A program made the position numbers and the translations under genes. A stretch of 64,000 nt of DNA, from assembly GCA_902464635.1 (NCBI GenBank), contig CABQKC010000007.1, positions 5,772-69,771 of the forward strand. The letters are read 5' to 3'. The notes beneath the pieces were generated by a model. The model searched no databases. It saw only the letters and a program-made list of their open reading frames with translations, and had not been told where the DNA came from. Source of the stretch: an uncultured Bacillales bacterium. GTDB lineage: Bacteria; Bacillota_I; Bacilli_A; RFN20; CAG-826. This document shows, piece after piece, positions 25,499 to 35,217 of the stretch (within the stretch, counting starts at the first letter, position 1; each line of letters begins with the position of its first letter).

Positions 25499-26338
25499 TT
25501 AATTTCCTCCGTTTTCTAAAAAGTCCATGAATCTATCGATATATTCTTTTTCGATTTCTTTTGAATAATTGCCGTTAGAGATGATATCCAAAACATTTTC
25601 GCTAAATTCCTTCCAGCAACTATTTTCCTTAGTAGGTATTATTGGATAGAATTTGACATCATTATCCCTAGCAGCGAAATAATCACCCATCGCATCTCCT
25701 AGCATGATGACATTTTCTTTTTTATAACCTAATTTAAGCGCATTCCTTATTATATCTTTCTTGCTACCTTCATCTTGGCAGGCAACAAAGGCAAAATATG
25801 GCAATAGCCCCCTTTGCTTCCATTCATTATTGACGGCATCTTTATTCGCACTGGATACACCAAGAAGCGAAGCAAATTTCGAGGCTTTTTCTAATGATTC
25901 CTTAACGTAACTAAATTCAATTGGCAATGGTAATTTAGCAATTTCGTTATTTACTAATTCTGACCATTCTATCGCCTTTTTTATTACATAATTAGAAGGA
26001 TCATTACTTAATTCATCCTTTAATAACTTGACATCAAAACGAGGTGTTGCATTTACCCAGGAGTAGAATTTCTCCTCATCATCAAAATGGATGTTATATT
26101 TCTTATTGATATAGATAAGGATTTCCTTTAATCCCTGGAAACGGTTTATGCCTCTATCTTTGCTATATAGATTTGTATGGTTCCAATGGTTAAGTATATC
26201 TTCAATATTTGTTTTGATTCCAAATACTTTTATAAAGCTGGGACCAAAGCAAGAATTATGCTTGATGGTCATTGTATCCATGATGGTCCCATCGGAATCA
26301 ACGCAAATCAAATAGTCATGCTTTTTTTCAAAATACAT
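25499..26338 (-). CDS. HAD-superfamily hydrolase/phosphatase
   Basis: 279 aa. HAD motif I is 'CVDSDGTIMDT' and motif IV is 'MLGDAMGD'. Confidence 0.65.
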   Translation of the reverse strand: MYFEKKHDYLICVDSDGTIMDTMTIKHNSCFGPSFIKVFGIKTNIEDILNHWNHTNLYSKDRGINRFQGLKEILIYINKKYNIHFDDEEKFYSWVNATPRFDVKLLKDELSNDPSNYVIKKAIEWSELVNNEIAKLPLPIEFSYVKESLEKASKFASLLGVSSANKDAVNNEWKQRGLLPYFAFVACQDEGSKKDIIRNALKLGYKKENVIMLGDAMGDYFAARDNDVKFYPIIPTKENSCWKEFSENVLDIISNGNYSKEIEKEYIDRFMDFLENGGN

Positions 26339-26341
26339 AAA

Positions 26342-27190
26342 TCAAACACCGCTATAGGAAGAGAATCCACCATCAATCGGGATGCATATTCCAGTGATGA
26401 AGCTAGCAGCTTCTTCTGATAATAAGAATAAAGTCGCACCGATTAATTCATCAATCTCGCCAAATCTTCCCATTGGGGTGGCACTTATTATCTTATGGGT
26501 CCTTGGGGTTGGGGTTCCATCTGGATTCCATAGCAATTTCGCATTTTGAGTAGTGGAGAAAAATCCAGGGGCAATCGCATTGACCCTGATTCCGATATGG
26601 GAGAAATGTACTGCTAGCCATTTGGTGAAATTGCTAACTGCACTTTTAGCACCGCTATATGCAGGAATCTTAGTTAATGGGGTATAGGCATTCATGCTAG
26701 AGATATTTAATATCGAGCAACCTTTCTTGCCAACCATGTCTTTAGCAAATACCTGTGATGGGAGCAAGGTGCCGATGAAATTCAAATTGAAAACAAATTC
26801 GACGCCAGCTTGATCCAAGTCAAAGAAAGTCTTCATATCCTTTAAATCGTCATCCATCTCAGCATATTCATTATCGGTTGTTGCCTTTGGATTATTTCCT
26901 CCAGCCCCGTTAATTAGGATATCGCAGCTACCAAAATCTTTTAATATTTGTTCATGACAGGCAATTAATGAATCCTTTTTCAAAACATTGGCTTCATAAC
27001 CTTTAGCAATATAGCCTTCTTTAACTATCTCGGCAGCATATTTATCGGCATTTTCTTTCGATAAATCTAGTAAGCAAACCTTAGCGCCATTCATTGCGAT
27101 GGCTTTGGCTAAATGGGAACAGATTACTCCCCCTGCTCCTGTGATGACTACGACTTTGTCTTTTAAATCGATCTCGAATGGTAATTTCAT
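26342..27190 (-). CDS. uxuB: SDR-family oxidoreductase, probable fructuronate reductase (Firmicute YjmF/UxuB type)
   Basis: 282 aa with 'VVVITGAGGVICSHLA', 'INGAGGNNPKATT' and the catalytic 'YSGAKSAV'. It lies within the hexuronate operon. Confidence 0.6.
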   Translation of the reverse strand: MKLPFEIDLKDKVVVITGAGGVICSHLAKAIAMNGAKVCLLDLSKENADKYAAEIVKEGYIAKGYEANVLKKDSLIACHEQILKDFGSCDILINGAGGNNPKATTDNEYAEMDDDLKDMKTFFDLDQAGVEFVFNLNFIGTLLPSQVFAKDMVGKKGCSILNISSMNAYTPLTKIPAYSGAKSAVSNFTKWLAVHFSHIGIRVNAIAPGFFSTTQNAKLLWNPDGTPTPRTHKIISATPMGRFGEIDELIGATLFLLSEEAASFITGICIPIDGGFSSYSGV

Positions 27191-27204
27191 ATTTTTCTCC
27201 TTTT

Positions 27205-28971
27205 TTAATATCTACAATCTAGATTGTTACAAAATGCATCTACTGGCGAAACTCCCTTGAACTTGCTTCTTCCCATCATTTTTTCAATTAATGAATCAAT
27301 GGTATCTTCCTTCTTGTCATAACAATTTATATATGTCTTTACCTGTGGCACGTCGAATAAATGGAATGGCGAGCACAAAGAGACAAATATAACCGGAAGT
27401 TCATATACATACCAAGGGATATCCGCAGTTCCTTTCGATAATTTCCAGGAAATCCTTTGGACTGTATTATGGGAATCAAAGTGGGCAAACTGGATTACTA
27501 GGTCATAATTTGAAGTCAAATCCTTTATCGGGGTTTTATTGTTATAGACATTCATAATTATACCCATCGCTTCATTTGGAGGTAGTTTTTTCGCCTTATC
27601 CATAAGCGATTCAAATATAGTTACTTCAAATCCTTCTTTCTCTAACTTTTCCTTTATTTTCTCATATAGAGTTGGACCTTTTTTAGGCATAAAGGAAGAG
27701 AAAGGATTTTCATCTTCTTGCGGGACGATTAATATCCTTTTGGTCTTGTTTGGACTTAAAGGAAAGATATTATCGATATTTTTAACTAAGGTAATCGAAT
27801 CATCGCTTACTTGCTTTGCAATCAAGGAATGTTCTTTCTTTAATTCATTTATTTTATTCTCATCGAATTTAACAAAATCCCTATCAAAATCGAAATCATT
27901 GAATCCTAGCTTGGCCTTTAATCCTAAAATCCTTCTTATGGCGTCATTTAGGCGTTCATCGCTAATGATTCCGGACTCATAGCCTTGTTTTATATATTCA
28001 AAGTCTTCGTTCGTATCGTTATAAAACAAAATCATGTCGCAGCCAGAAGCAATTATTTTAGGAATGAATTCGCTTCTTTTAGAAGAGGAAGTGAGTCCAA
28101 CCATATGGGTTGCATCAGTTAATACTAATCCATTGAATCCTAGTTGTTCTTTCAATAAATCAGTTATCAAATAGCTAGATGTAGTCGCCGGGCTATATTC
28201 GTTGTCCTTTATTGATGGATTGAAATATTTTTCATAGTTAGGCAATTTGATGTGCCCTGCCATTACCATATCAAGTCCTTCTTCTATTAAAGATTTATAT
28301 ATCATTCCGAAAGATTTGTCCCAGTCTTCCTTACTTAATGGATTAATCGAAGGAGAAAGATGTTGATCTCTTTCATCATACCCGTCCCCTGGAAAATGCT
28401 TAGCAGCAGATAATAACCCATTGTCGTGGATTCCTTTTAGGAACTTTAATGACATTTCTTTAACTAAAGTAGGATCATTACCAAAGGTACGGGTAGATAT
28501 GACTGGATTATGGAAATCATGATGTATATCTACAATTGGGGCGAATATTGTATTTACCCCGACCATCTTGGCTTCTTTTGCAGATATATTCCCTAATTGA
28601 TAAGCATAATCTAGATTCCTAGTAGCAGCAACTTTAGTTTCATTACCGACTTCAGTTCCCCCGATAAATGCCCCATTGCCGCCAGATTCGCAATTAGAGG
28701 CAATAAAGCAAGGAATCTTGCTATATTTTTGGACATTATAATTATGGTTATAGATATCTTTTGCTAAACCTGGGTTATATCTAACCCCGCCACAATTAAG
28801 CGAAGAAATCTCTTCTTTTAAATATCCTTCATCTTTTCTAGCAGTCAAGTGAATGAAAAGCTGTCTAAGTTTTTCATCTAAAGACATATTTAAAACAAGA
28901 TTCTCTACCCAATCTATTTGCCTAGAATTTAGGCAATATGGTTTCTTTGTTAAATCTACTAATCTAACCAT
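27205..28971 (-). CDS. Glycoside hydrolase family 3 enzyme
   Basis: 588 aa. GH3 N-domain motifs 'KHFPGDGYDERDQH' and 'GLVLTDATHM' are present. No signal peptide, so probably cytoplasmic. Confidence 0.75.
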   Translation of the reverse strand: MVRLVDLTKKPYCLNSRQIDWVENLVLNMSLDEKLRQLFIHLTARKDEGYLKEEISSLNCGGVRYNPGLAKDIYNHNYNVQKYSKIPCFIASNCESGGNGAFIGGTEVGNETKVAATRNLDYAYQLGNISAKEAKMVGVNTIFAPIVDIHHDFHNPVISTRTFGNDPTLVKEMSLKFLKGIHDNGLLSAAKHFPGDGYDERDQHLSPSINPLSKEDWDKSFGMIYKSLIEEGLDMVMAGHIKLPNYEKYFNPSIKDNEYSPATTSSYLITDLLKEQLGFNGLVLTDATHMVGLTSSSKRSEFIPKIIASGCDMILFYNDTNEDFEYIKQGYESGIISDERLNDAIRRILGLKAKLGFNDFDFDRDFVKFDENKINELKKEHSLIAKQVSDDSITLVKNIDNIFPLSPNKTKRILIVPQEDENPFSSFMPKKGPTLYEKIKEKLEKEGFEVTIFESLMDKAKKLPPNEAMGIIMNVYNNKTPIKDLTSNYDLVIQFAHFDSHNTVQRISWKLSKGTADIPWYVYELPVIFVSLCSPFHLFDVPQVKTYINCYDKKEDTIDSLIEKMMGRSKFKGVSPVDAFCNNLDCRY

Positions 28972-29043
28972 AAATCCGACCTTTTAATATTGGGAGCAAG
29001 CTTTTACACTTGCTCCCATTCCCCTTATTTTATTTAGAATTGA

Positions 29044-30483
29044 TTATTCTAATGTAATAACGACGGTATTAGCTCCATCAACTATTGTGTAGCACCAGAA
29101 TCCGCCAGCACCAGCAGCTGGAATCATAGGTCCTTTTTCGTTAACAGTAACGTTTTTGACAGTCTTTCCTTCTGGAGCAGTTACTTTTAAGCAGAGCCAA
29201 TTGCCATAGACTAATTTTTCGGCATTGGCTGGAGCCATGGCTGCAAATCCCATTGGGACGCAAGTCATAGCAGTAACTTGGCAACCTTGTAAATCAGTTA
29301 AGACCAAGTGGGAATCAAATACATCGCTACCTTCGTAGTTGACGTTTACTTTAGAAGCAGTATCGACAACTTCGAAATAATAGAATCCATCATCTTCTGG
29401 AGCTTCTTTGGATACTTGGTTTAAAGAAACCATCTTGATGGTATTTTTCTTAGCTGGAGTAACCTTTAAGGCAAGATATTGTCCAACATTGACTTCCGCA
29501 CCATCATAGATAGCTTTTCTTTCCCCACCAACTTTATCGGTGACAAAGGCTTGTACAAATCCTTTTGTAGGAGCTGGGATGGTGATTTTTGCCTTAGCAA
29601 CGCTATGATCGATTTCGGCTAATTTGGTGATGGCTTCGCCATAGGTAGCGGCAAATTCCCTAGTTCCATCGATGGTTACTAATGGAGCTGGATTCATGAT
29701 TGGCATAGATAAGGCAGCATCCATGGTTTCTTTGTAAGAAGTGACATATCCCTCTTTAGTAGTAGAAACTACATAGGCACCGGCTTTTTCATTGCTAGCA
29801 TCGGTTCTCTTGTCGGCTGGGAAATCAGAGACACCGGCATCGGTGTTATAACCAATATAGCTAGAAGTGGTTTCAATCTTGACGCCACCATTGTCTAGAG
29901 CGGTTAAGGACTTGTTGTCGCTGAAATAAGATTCATCAATGTTTCCACTGCTCAATCCGAATTGGGTATATTCATAGGTAGCAACACCACTATATAAAAG
30001 GGTGCTTAGATTCATGCTTCCAGCTTTAGAATAAGAAGTCTTGGTTAATAATTCATCGATCTTTTCTAAGGCTTTGGCTTCGTTTTCAAGTTTTTTTGCT
30101 TCGCCCATGACGTTAGTCAAGCAATAATAATCTTCGCCGTTTTTATAGACTAAACCTTCGGACTTTTCTCCAGCTTTGGTTTGCTTTAAGACGTGGAGAT
30201 AAAGGCTACCAGAGGTTAAATCGATTTCACCAGTGGTGTTGTCAGCGATATCTTGCTTAAAGCTATCAAGACCGCCTTTTTCGGAAATGACGTCAACTTT
30301 GTAGTTGGCTTTGTAGGTGAAGCTAACGGTTGTCTTAACTTCCTTTTTGAATTGGGCGATGACTTCTTCTAGGTTAGTAGAATTGTTATCTGTCTCGACT
30401 TTGGAAGTAGATTCAGAAACTGGTCCGCCGCAGCTTGCGAGCATAGCAACACTTAAGCAAGCTAGTAGAATGTTTTTCTTCAT
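29044..30483 (-). CDS. Surface lipoprotein of unknown function with two C-terminal beta-sandwich repeat modules
   Basis: Lipobox 'MLASCGG'. Two similar C-terminal modules: 'VNVGQYLALKVTPAKKNTIKMVSLN...FYYFEVVD..VNVNYE' and 'YGNWLCLKVTAPEGKTVKNVTVNE...FWCYTIVDGANTVVITLE'. A strong AAGGAG RBS is present. Confidence 0.6.
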   Translation of the reverse strand: MKKNILLACLSVAMLASCGGPVSESTSKVETDNNSTNLEEVIAQFKKEVKTTVSFTYKANYKVDVISEKGGLDSFKQDIADNTTGEIDLTSGSLYLHVLKQTKAGEKSEGLVYKNGEDYYCLTNVMGEAKKLENEAKALEKIDELLTKTSYSKAGSMNLSTLLYSGVATYEYTQFGLSSGNIDESYFSDNKSLTALDNGGVKIETTSSYIGYNTDAGVSDFPADKRTDASNEKAGAYVVSTTKEGYVTSYKETMDAALSMPIMNPAPLVTIDGTREFAATYGEAITKLAEIDHSVAKAKITIPAPTKGFVQAFVTDKVGGERKAIYDGAEVNVGQYLALKVTPAKKNTIKMVSLNQVSKEAPEDDGFYYFEVVDTASKVNVNYEGSDVFDSHLVLTDLQGCQVTAMTCVPMGFAAMAPANAEKLVYGNWLCLKVTAPEGKTVKNVTVNEKGPMIPAAGAGGFWCYTIVDGANTVVITLE

Positions 30484-30517
30484 TTGATTTTTTCTCCTTT
30501 TTTAATATTAAGTAGGT

Positions 30518-31258
30518 TTATTCACCTATAATATTCAACTTTTGTAGGTATTCGAAAGCAGGATATATTTCCTCTTTCCATAGGTCCCAGGAATGGTTCT
30601 TTTCTGGAACAAACTTATATTCAACACCGACCTTGTTTTTCTTTAGGATGTTATTGAATTCTCTCGATGGTTCGATGATGAAATCGTTTTCTCCTATACT
30701 TAGATATATATTTAGCTTCTTTCCTTTTTGCTTTAGGAAATGGCTTTCTAAGGTACCGATTTTGCTTTCATCAATGAAATCTGGTTTGGTAGCTGGAGAG
30801 AAGGCAATGCAAGCAGCATATTTATTAACATTAGTTAGATAATGATATAAGGCTCCATATCCGCCCATTGATACCCCTGCTATTACTAATGGCTTATTTC
30901 TAGTTACGTTTCTGAAATTGCCATAGATGAAGTCAGTAATATCATCTTCAATGAACCCATAATAATTGCTTATAGGTCCATTATTTAGATACCATCCGTT
31001 TTCCCCATCAATAAATGCGGCGGCAACTTTATGCTTTTCGCATAAAGATTCGACATTAGAATTATTTATCCATGCCTTTTGGTTATCCCCAAACCCACAT
31101 AGGAAGATAATAAGAGGGTATTCTTCTTTTCTATTTTGGTAATATTCCTTATCCTTGTTTGATAAAGTCTCATTAAGATTCAAGGAAGGGACAATTAATG
31201 ACATGGTGACTCTACGTGCAAGACTTTTGGCGTAGAAATCAACTTGATACCTAGCCAT
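30518..31258 (-). CDS. Alpha/beta-hydrolase esterase (Esterase-D/CE1-like)
   Basis: 246 aa. The nucleophile elbow is 'GVSMGGYGA'. The N-terminal pattern is 'PLIIFLCGFGDN'. Confidence 0.65.
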   Translation of the reverse strand: MARYQVDFYAKSLARRVTMSLIVPSLNLNETLSNKDKEYYQNRKEEYPLIIFLCGFGDNQKAWINNSNVESLCEKHKVAAAFIDGENGWYLNNGPISNYYGFIEDDITDFIYGNFRNVTRNKPLVIAGVSMGGYGALYHYLTNVNKYAACIAFSPATKPDFIDESKIGTLESHFLKQKGKKLNIYLSIGENDFIIEPSREFNNILKKNKVGVEYKFVPEKNHSWDLWKEEIYPAFEYLQKLNIIGE

Positions 31259-32558
31259 TATTTACCTCCCCACGTTCAATCATCTTTTCTAGATAATAGT
31301 TAGTCATTTGCTTGGCAGCACGCCTTTCTTCTTGGATAGAAGTTCCTACTGATCCAACAAAATATGGATAGTCTTTAGTAATTCCATAGTCAGTTGGGTT
31401 TTGGCAGGTACCTGCAATACCGAAGAATACTCCGTTATCATTAGCAATCTTAATGGCAGCGTTTCTATCTGTATCATCTTGAAGCGAGATGATGAACTTA
31501 GCCCCGTTATCGATTAAGGCTTGGCAAGCAATGGATTGGGTATTGGTCGAAGATATTGATTCATTAACTAGCATTTCGACGTTATAGACATCTGCTAGGT
31601 AATCTCTCATATAATCGATATAGGCCTGAACGGCATCATTAACGCTTCCTGGCACCAATAGTCCAGCCTTTATCCTAGTTCCCGTGCGCTTTGCATCGAC
31701 TTTTCCTTCATTAGATTCATATAAGGATTTGATAGTCTCGTAATCGCTATTAGCGAGCCACACACTTAATTTGGCAGCCCCATAATTTGGGTTAGATTTA
31801 TCAAAGAATTGATCCAAATTGGACTTTAGGATGGTTGGATGGACTGTATCAGTTAGTTCATATTGGTCAACTGAACTTAATTTGTCATATTCTTCTAAAG
31901 AGGTGACGGCCCAGTTAGTAACACTTAATGCCAAGGCAGTCCCATCTTCATTTTTCATGGCCACCCCATTATCGACTGCATCAACGCAGGCCGAGAATAT
32001 TGGGGCAATATGGGCAGTATATTTAGTAACTAGGTAAGATAATGAGCCATCAACAAAGGCATTGCGGTAATTGGCGCAGAAGCTACCCATTGTTGCATTT
32101 TGTGTTCCAAGTCCGCTAGCCTTTATTGGATTGGAGGCGAATTCGACTCCATTACAAGTAGAGATGACTGCCATTGGCTTATAGTTAGCTAATGGTTTGT
32201 TATATTGAAGGCCAGTATCCCAAGTCTGGTTATTTACCATATAGATCTTGGCATCTTTTGGTAAATCGGATTCAGGAAGACGTTCAATCTTGAACCTTTT
32301 GGCATCTTTTTGAGCTTCATAGCCGGTGACTTTAATCCCGTGTTCAGCTAAAGCATCATTCATGCCGAGCCACTTATTGGTAAAGTGTTGATCCTTAATC
32401 CCATAATAGTTATAAAGAGCGAAGAATATTGCATTATTTGTATTTGCAAATGCCTCGATATCGCTATTTTGCCCAATAAAGACAAACGGGGAACAAGCAG
32501 CAATCGAAGGAATGGTTGCTAAGGCTAAGGCCCCTAGAATTATCTTTTTCTTATTCAT
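31251..32558 (-). CDS. ABC-transporter substrate-binding lipoprotein (sugar-binding, PBP type I-like)
   Basis: 435 aa with lipobox 'SIAACS'. It lies immediately downstream of two RbsC-type permease genes. Confidence 0.6.
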   Translation of the reverse strand: MNKKKIILGALALATIPSIAACSPFVFIGQNSDIEAFANTNNAIFFALYNYYGIKDQHFTNKWLGMNDALAEHGIKVTGYEAQKDAKRFKIERLPESDLPKDAKIYMVNNQTWDTGLQYNKPLANYKPMAVISTCNGVEFASNPIKASGLGTQNATMGSFCANYRNAFVDGSLSYLVTKYTAHIAPIFSACVDAVDNGVAMKNEDGTALALSVTNWAVTSLEEYDKLSSVDQYELTDTVHPTILKSNLDQFFDKSNPNYGAAKLSVWLANSDYETIKSLYESNEGKVDAKRTGTRIKAGLLVPGSVNDAVQAYIDYMRDYLADVYNVEMLVNESISSTNTQSIACQALIDNGAKFIISLQDDTDRNAAIKIANDNGVFFGIAGTCQNPTDYGITKDYPYFVGSVGTSIQEERRAAKQMTNYYLEKMIERGEVNNG

Positions 32559-32560
32559 AA

Positions 32561-33679
32561 TTAAATAGCCTCCTCTTCTGAAGTATCTCTACCTAATCGC
32601 TTCTGGGTAATGACGTATTTGACTTTCTTGACCCAGTCGACAAATCTTTGCTTATCAACCATGTAGACAAGTACGGCAAATACACTAAATCCAGTAATCA
32701 ATGATTGAACATCAGCAGAGAACCCAATCATATTGGCAGCATCCATACCAGTAGATAATAAGGTAGTAGATATAACAGCAAGCAATAAGCCGATTATCTG
32801 GTTAGAATATTTGGCTAAGATACCTCCAATAAATATTGGAAGGAAGTTTTTGAATACGGTCGAAGATGAACCTAGATCAACTTTAACCGAGACATTTGAT
32901 AAGCTGCATGTATCAATTACTTGATATAAGCCAATTAATCCTCCGGCAATAATGAAGCAAGCAATGCAGTTTCTTACTTCTTTAATACCAGTATCGACTG
33001 AAATCTTTTGATCATAGACAAGGGCATTCTTGTTATAGCCATATTGAGAATAGCAGAACGCTAATGACATAAAGATAACTACTATTGCTAGTATTGGGAT
33101 AATGACTACAGGCTCAATAAAGAAGTTACCGGTAATCTCGCTATCGATAAGTTTCTTGGAATTATTCCCACCAACGATGATTTTGGCAATACCTTCAAAT
33201 ACAAGGCACATACCAAGCGACATGACGATTGGAGGCAATTTTAGGAAGATGAACACTAAGGAATTAAGAAATCCTAATACCATTCCGATTAATATAGTTA
33301 GCAATAAGAAGGCAACGATATTATTGATGGTAGAAATATCTCCACCCAATATTTCGCTAGCTAATAAGGCAGCTAATATACCAGTTGCACCAAGGGAAAA
33401 GTCCATACGTCCTGAATTAAGATTGGAATTAAGCGCAAGGGCAGCAACTATTGTCAAGGTAACGCTTTTGACAAATAACATGATGTTTTTTAGCGTTGAA
33501 GCGCTATCGCCTGGCTTTACAAATAAAGTTTCGTGGGCAATAGAAGATAATATTACGGCGATTAATCCGAATATTATTGGCAAGGCAAGAGAGAAGAACA
33601 AGTTCCTTCCAAATTTCCTTAAAGGTCTAGAAGAAGTAATTATGTTGCGATTGAATTTCGCTTTTTCTGTATAAGTCAT
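32561..33679 (-). CDS. Sugar ABC transporter permease (RbsC/BPD_transp_2 type)
   Basis: 372-aa polytopic membrane ORF in operon with the RbsA-type ATPase. Confidence 0.7.
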   Translation of the reverse strand: MTYTEKAKFNRNIITSSRPLRKFGRNLFFSLALPIIFGLIAVILSSIAHETLFVKPGDSASTLKNIMLFVKSVTLTIVAALALNSNLNSGRMDFSLGATGILAALLASEILGGDISTINNIVAFLLLTILIGMVLGFLNSLVFIFLKLPPIVMSLGMCLVFEGIAKIIVGGNNSKKLIDSEITGNFFIEPVVIIPILAIVVIFMSLAFCYSQYGYNKNALVYDQKISVDTGIKEVRNCIACFIIAGGLIGLYQVIDTCSLSNVSVKVDLGSSSTVFKNFLPIFIGGILAKYSNQIIGLLLAVISTTLLSTGMDAANMIGFSADVQSLITGFSVFAVLVYMVDKQRFVDWVKKVKYVITQKRLGRDTSEEEAI

Positions 33680-33690
33680 TTTTATTCCTC

Positions 33691-35208
33691 CTATCTAGCT
33701 AGCATCTTTGGACGGCTGTTATACATATTGATAAAGGAAACAACTAGGAAGATGATTCCTTTGGCTAGATATCTATAATCAGCAATGCCGATAGCCCTGA
33801 ACAATTCATCGAGGAAGATGCAGAAGAATGCCCCGATAACAGCGCAGCTTACCCTAGATCTAGGTCCACCAGAAGTAGTCATGCCGCCAAATACAATGGC
33901 GATAACTACATTGAGTCCGATAGTATCCAAGATAGTTCCGGTCGAATAAGAGCTTCCGGATTTTGACATCGCAAACAAGAAGCCACATAATCCAAGACCA
34001 ACTCCAGAAATTGCAAACGAGATGATGCCAGCTTTCATCAAGGAAATACCGTTAAATTTGGCAGCTGTTGCATTTGAACCGATAAATTTGTTCTTACGTC
34101 CAATCTTTGTGTAATTGAAGATGGCCCACAACAACAAGAAGAAGCAAACTAGGAAGCAAGCATATATAAGAGTTGTCGTATTGGAGTTGCTAGAAGAGAG
34201 TCCTCCGTCAATAAACAATTGGTTGCCAACTGATTGAAGGATAACTGCATGTATAGCATTTAATATATTCATCATTGTCAAAGTCATGACCATGACTGGG
34301 AGATTCAATATATTGGCTAAAACAGCGTTTACAATTCCTAATAAGGCACCTAACAAAATGGCAACTATAAATGAAACGAAGGCGTTATGGGTAGAGTTCC
34401 ATAAAATACCTGCGACAGAAGCACACATTAATGATGCCGGACCAAGCGACATATCAAATGATCCGCTAGAATAGATGAATACGGCTCCGGTTGCAACTAC
34501 CGCGATGAATACGCCATTATTGATGACATTAGTCAAGTCTCCACCATATCCAGTTATGGATTTAGCGATGAAGAAGGCAACAATAAGGCACACTAGCATC
34601 AAGAATGGGATTAAGTTTATCCAAGTTGATTTATTGCAAATCATCTTCTTGAAAGAGAAAGTAGAAACAAATACACCGAATAGTTTTTCTGTTTCTAGAA
34701 TTGGGGCAGCCTTGCTTCCTTTTATCATCTTATGGAGTTCGATGTAATCGTTATAAAGGAATTCAATTAAGGTATTCTCGTCTTTAATAGCTAAGTCAAA
34801 GGCATTATTTTCCTTGATACGAGCACGTTTAGCAACGACTTTTGCCCCTTTAATCGAGTTTTTATATTCGACATCATCAAATTTTGTTTTGTTTTGGATG
34901 GAATTGTATTTAGATTGGATTTCTTCTAAATGGGATTTACTAGTTGCATCTAGCTCAGATAAAGTAACCTTATGTTTGGCTTCGAGTTCCTTTTTAGAAG
35001 CATCGACTTTAGACTTTAATTCTTTCTTTAAGGAAACAAATTCAGTCCTTAAATCCTTTAATAAAGATGAGATTTCTTCTTTCCTAGAAGCTCTTTCTTC
35101 CTTGCTTAACAAGGAGAATTCGTTAGCCTTGGAAATAAGATTAGAAGAGAAGCTAATACCCTTAGGTGAATTTAGGGTCAAGTTTTGCTTAGTTAATGTA
35201 TTTTCCAT
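33691..35208 (-). CDS. Sugar ABC transporter permease with about 190-aa N-terminal coiled-coil extension
   Basis: 505 aa. Residues 1 to about 190 are Lys/Glu-rich heptad-like sequence ('EERASRKEEISSLLKDLRTEFVSLKKELKSKVDASKKELEAKHK'). The remainder is an RbsC-type membrane domain. Confidence 0.7.
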   Translation of the reverse strand: MENTLTKQNLTLNSPKGISFSSNLISKANEFSLLSKEERASRKEEISSLLKDLRTEFVSLKKELKSKVDASKKELEAKHKVTLSELDATSKSHLEEIQSKYNSIQNKTKFDDVEYKNSIKGAKVVAKRARIKENNAFDLAIKDENTLIEFLYNDYIELHKMIKGSKAAPILETEKLFGVFVSTFSFKKMICNKSTWINLIPFLMLVCLIVAFFIAKSITGYGGDLTNVINNGVFIAVVATGAVFIYSSGSFDMSLGPASLMCASVAGILWNSTHNAFVSFIVAILLGALLGIVNAVLANILNLPVMVMTLTMMNILNAIHAVILQSVGNQLFIDGGLSSSNSNTTTLIYACFLVCFFLLLWAIFNYTKIGRKNKFIGSNATAAKFNGISLMKAGIISFAISGVGLGLCGFLFAMSKSGSSYSTGTILDTIGLNVVIAIVFGGMTTSGGPRSRVSCAVIGAFFCIFLDELFRAIGIADYRYLAKGIIFLVVSFINMYNSRPKMLAR

Positions 35209-35217
35209 AAATCCTCC

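Noticed and set aside
29044-30483. Apparent higher GC and different codon flavour of the 479-aa lipoprotein gene (and of adhE), as a sign of horizontal transfer.
   Set aside because: Both have very strong RBSs and are likely highly expressed, so codon bias from expression level is the simpler explanation. I cannot compute the statistics here.
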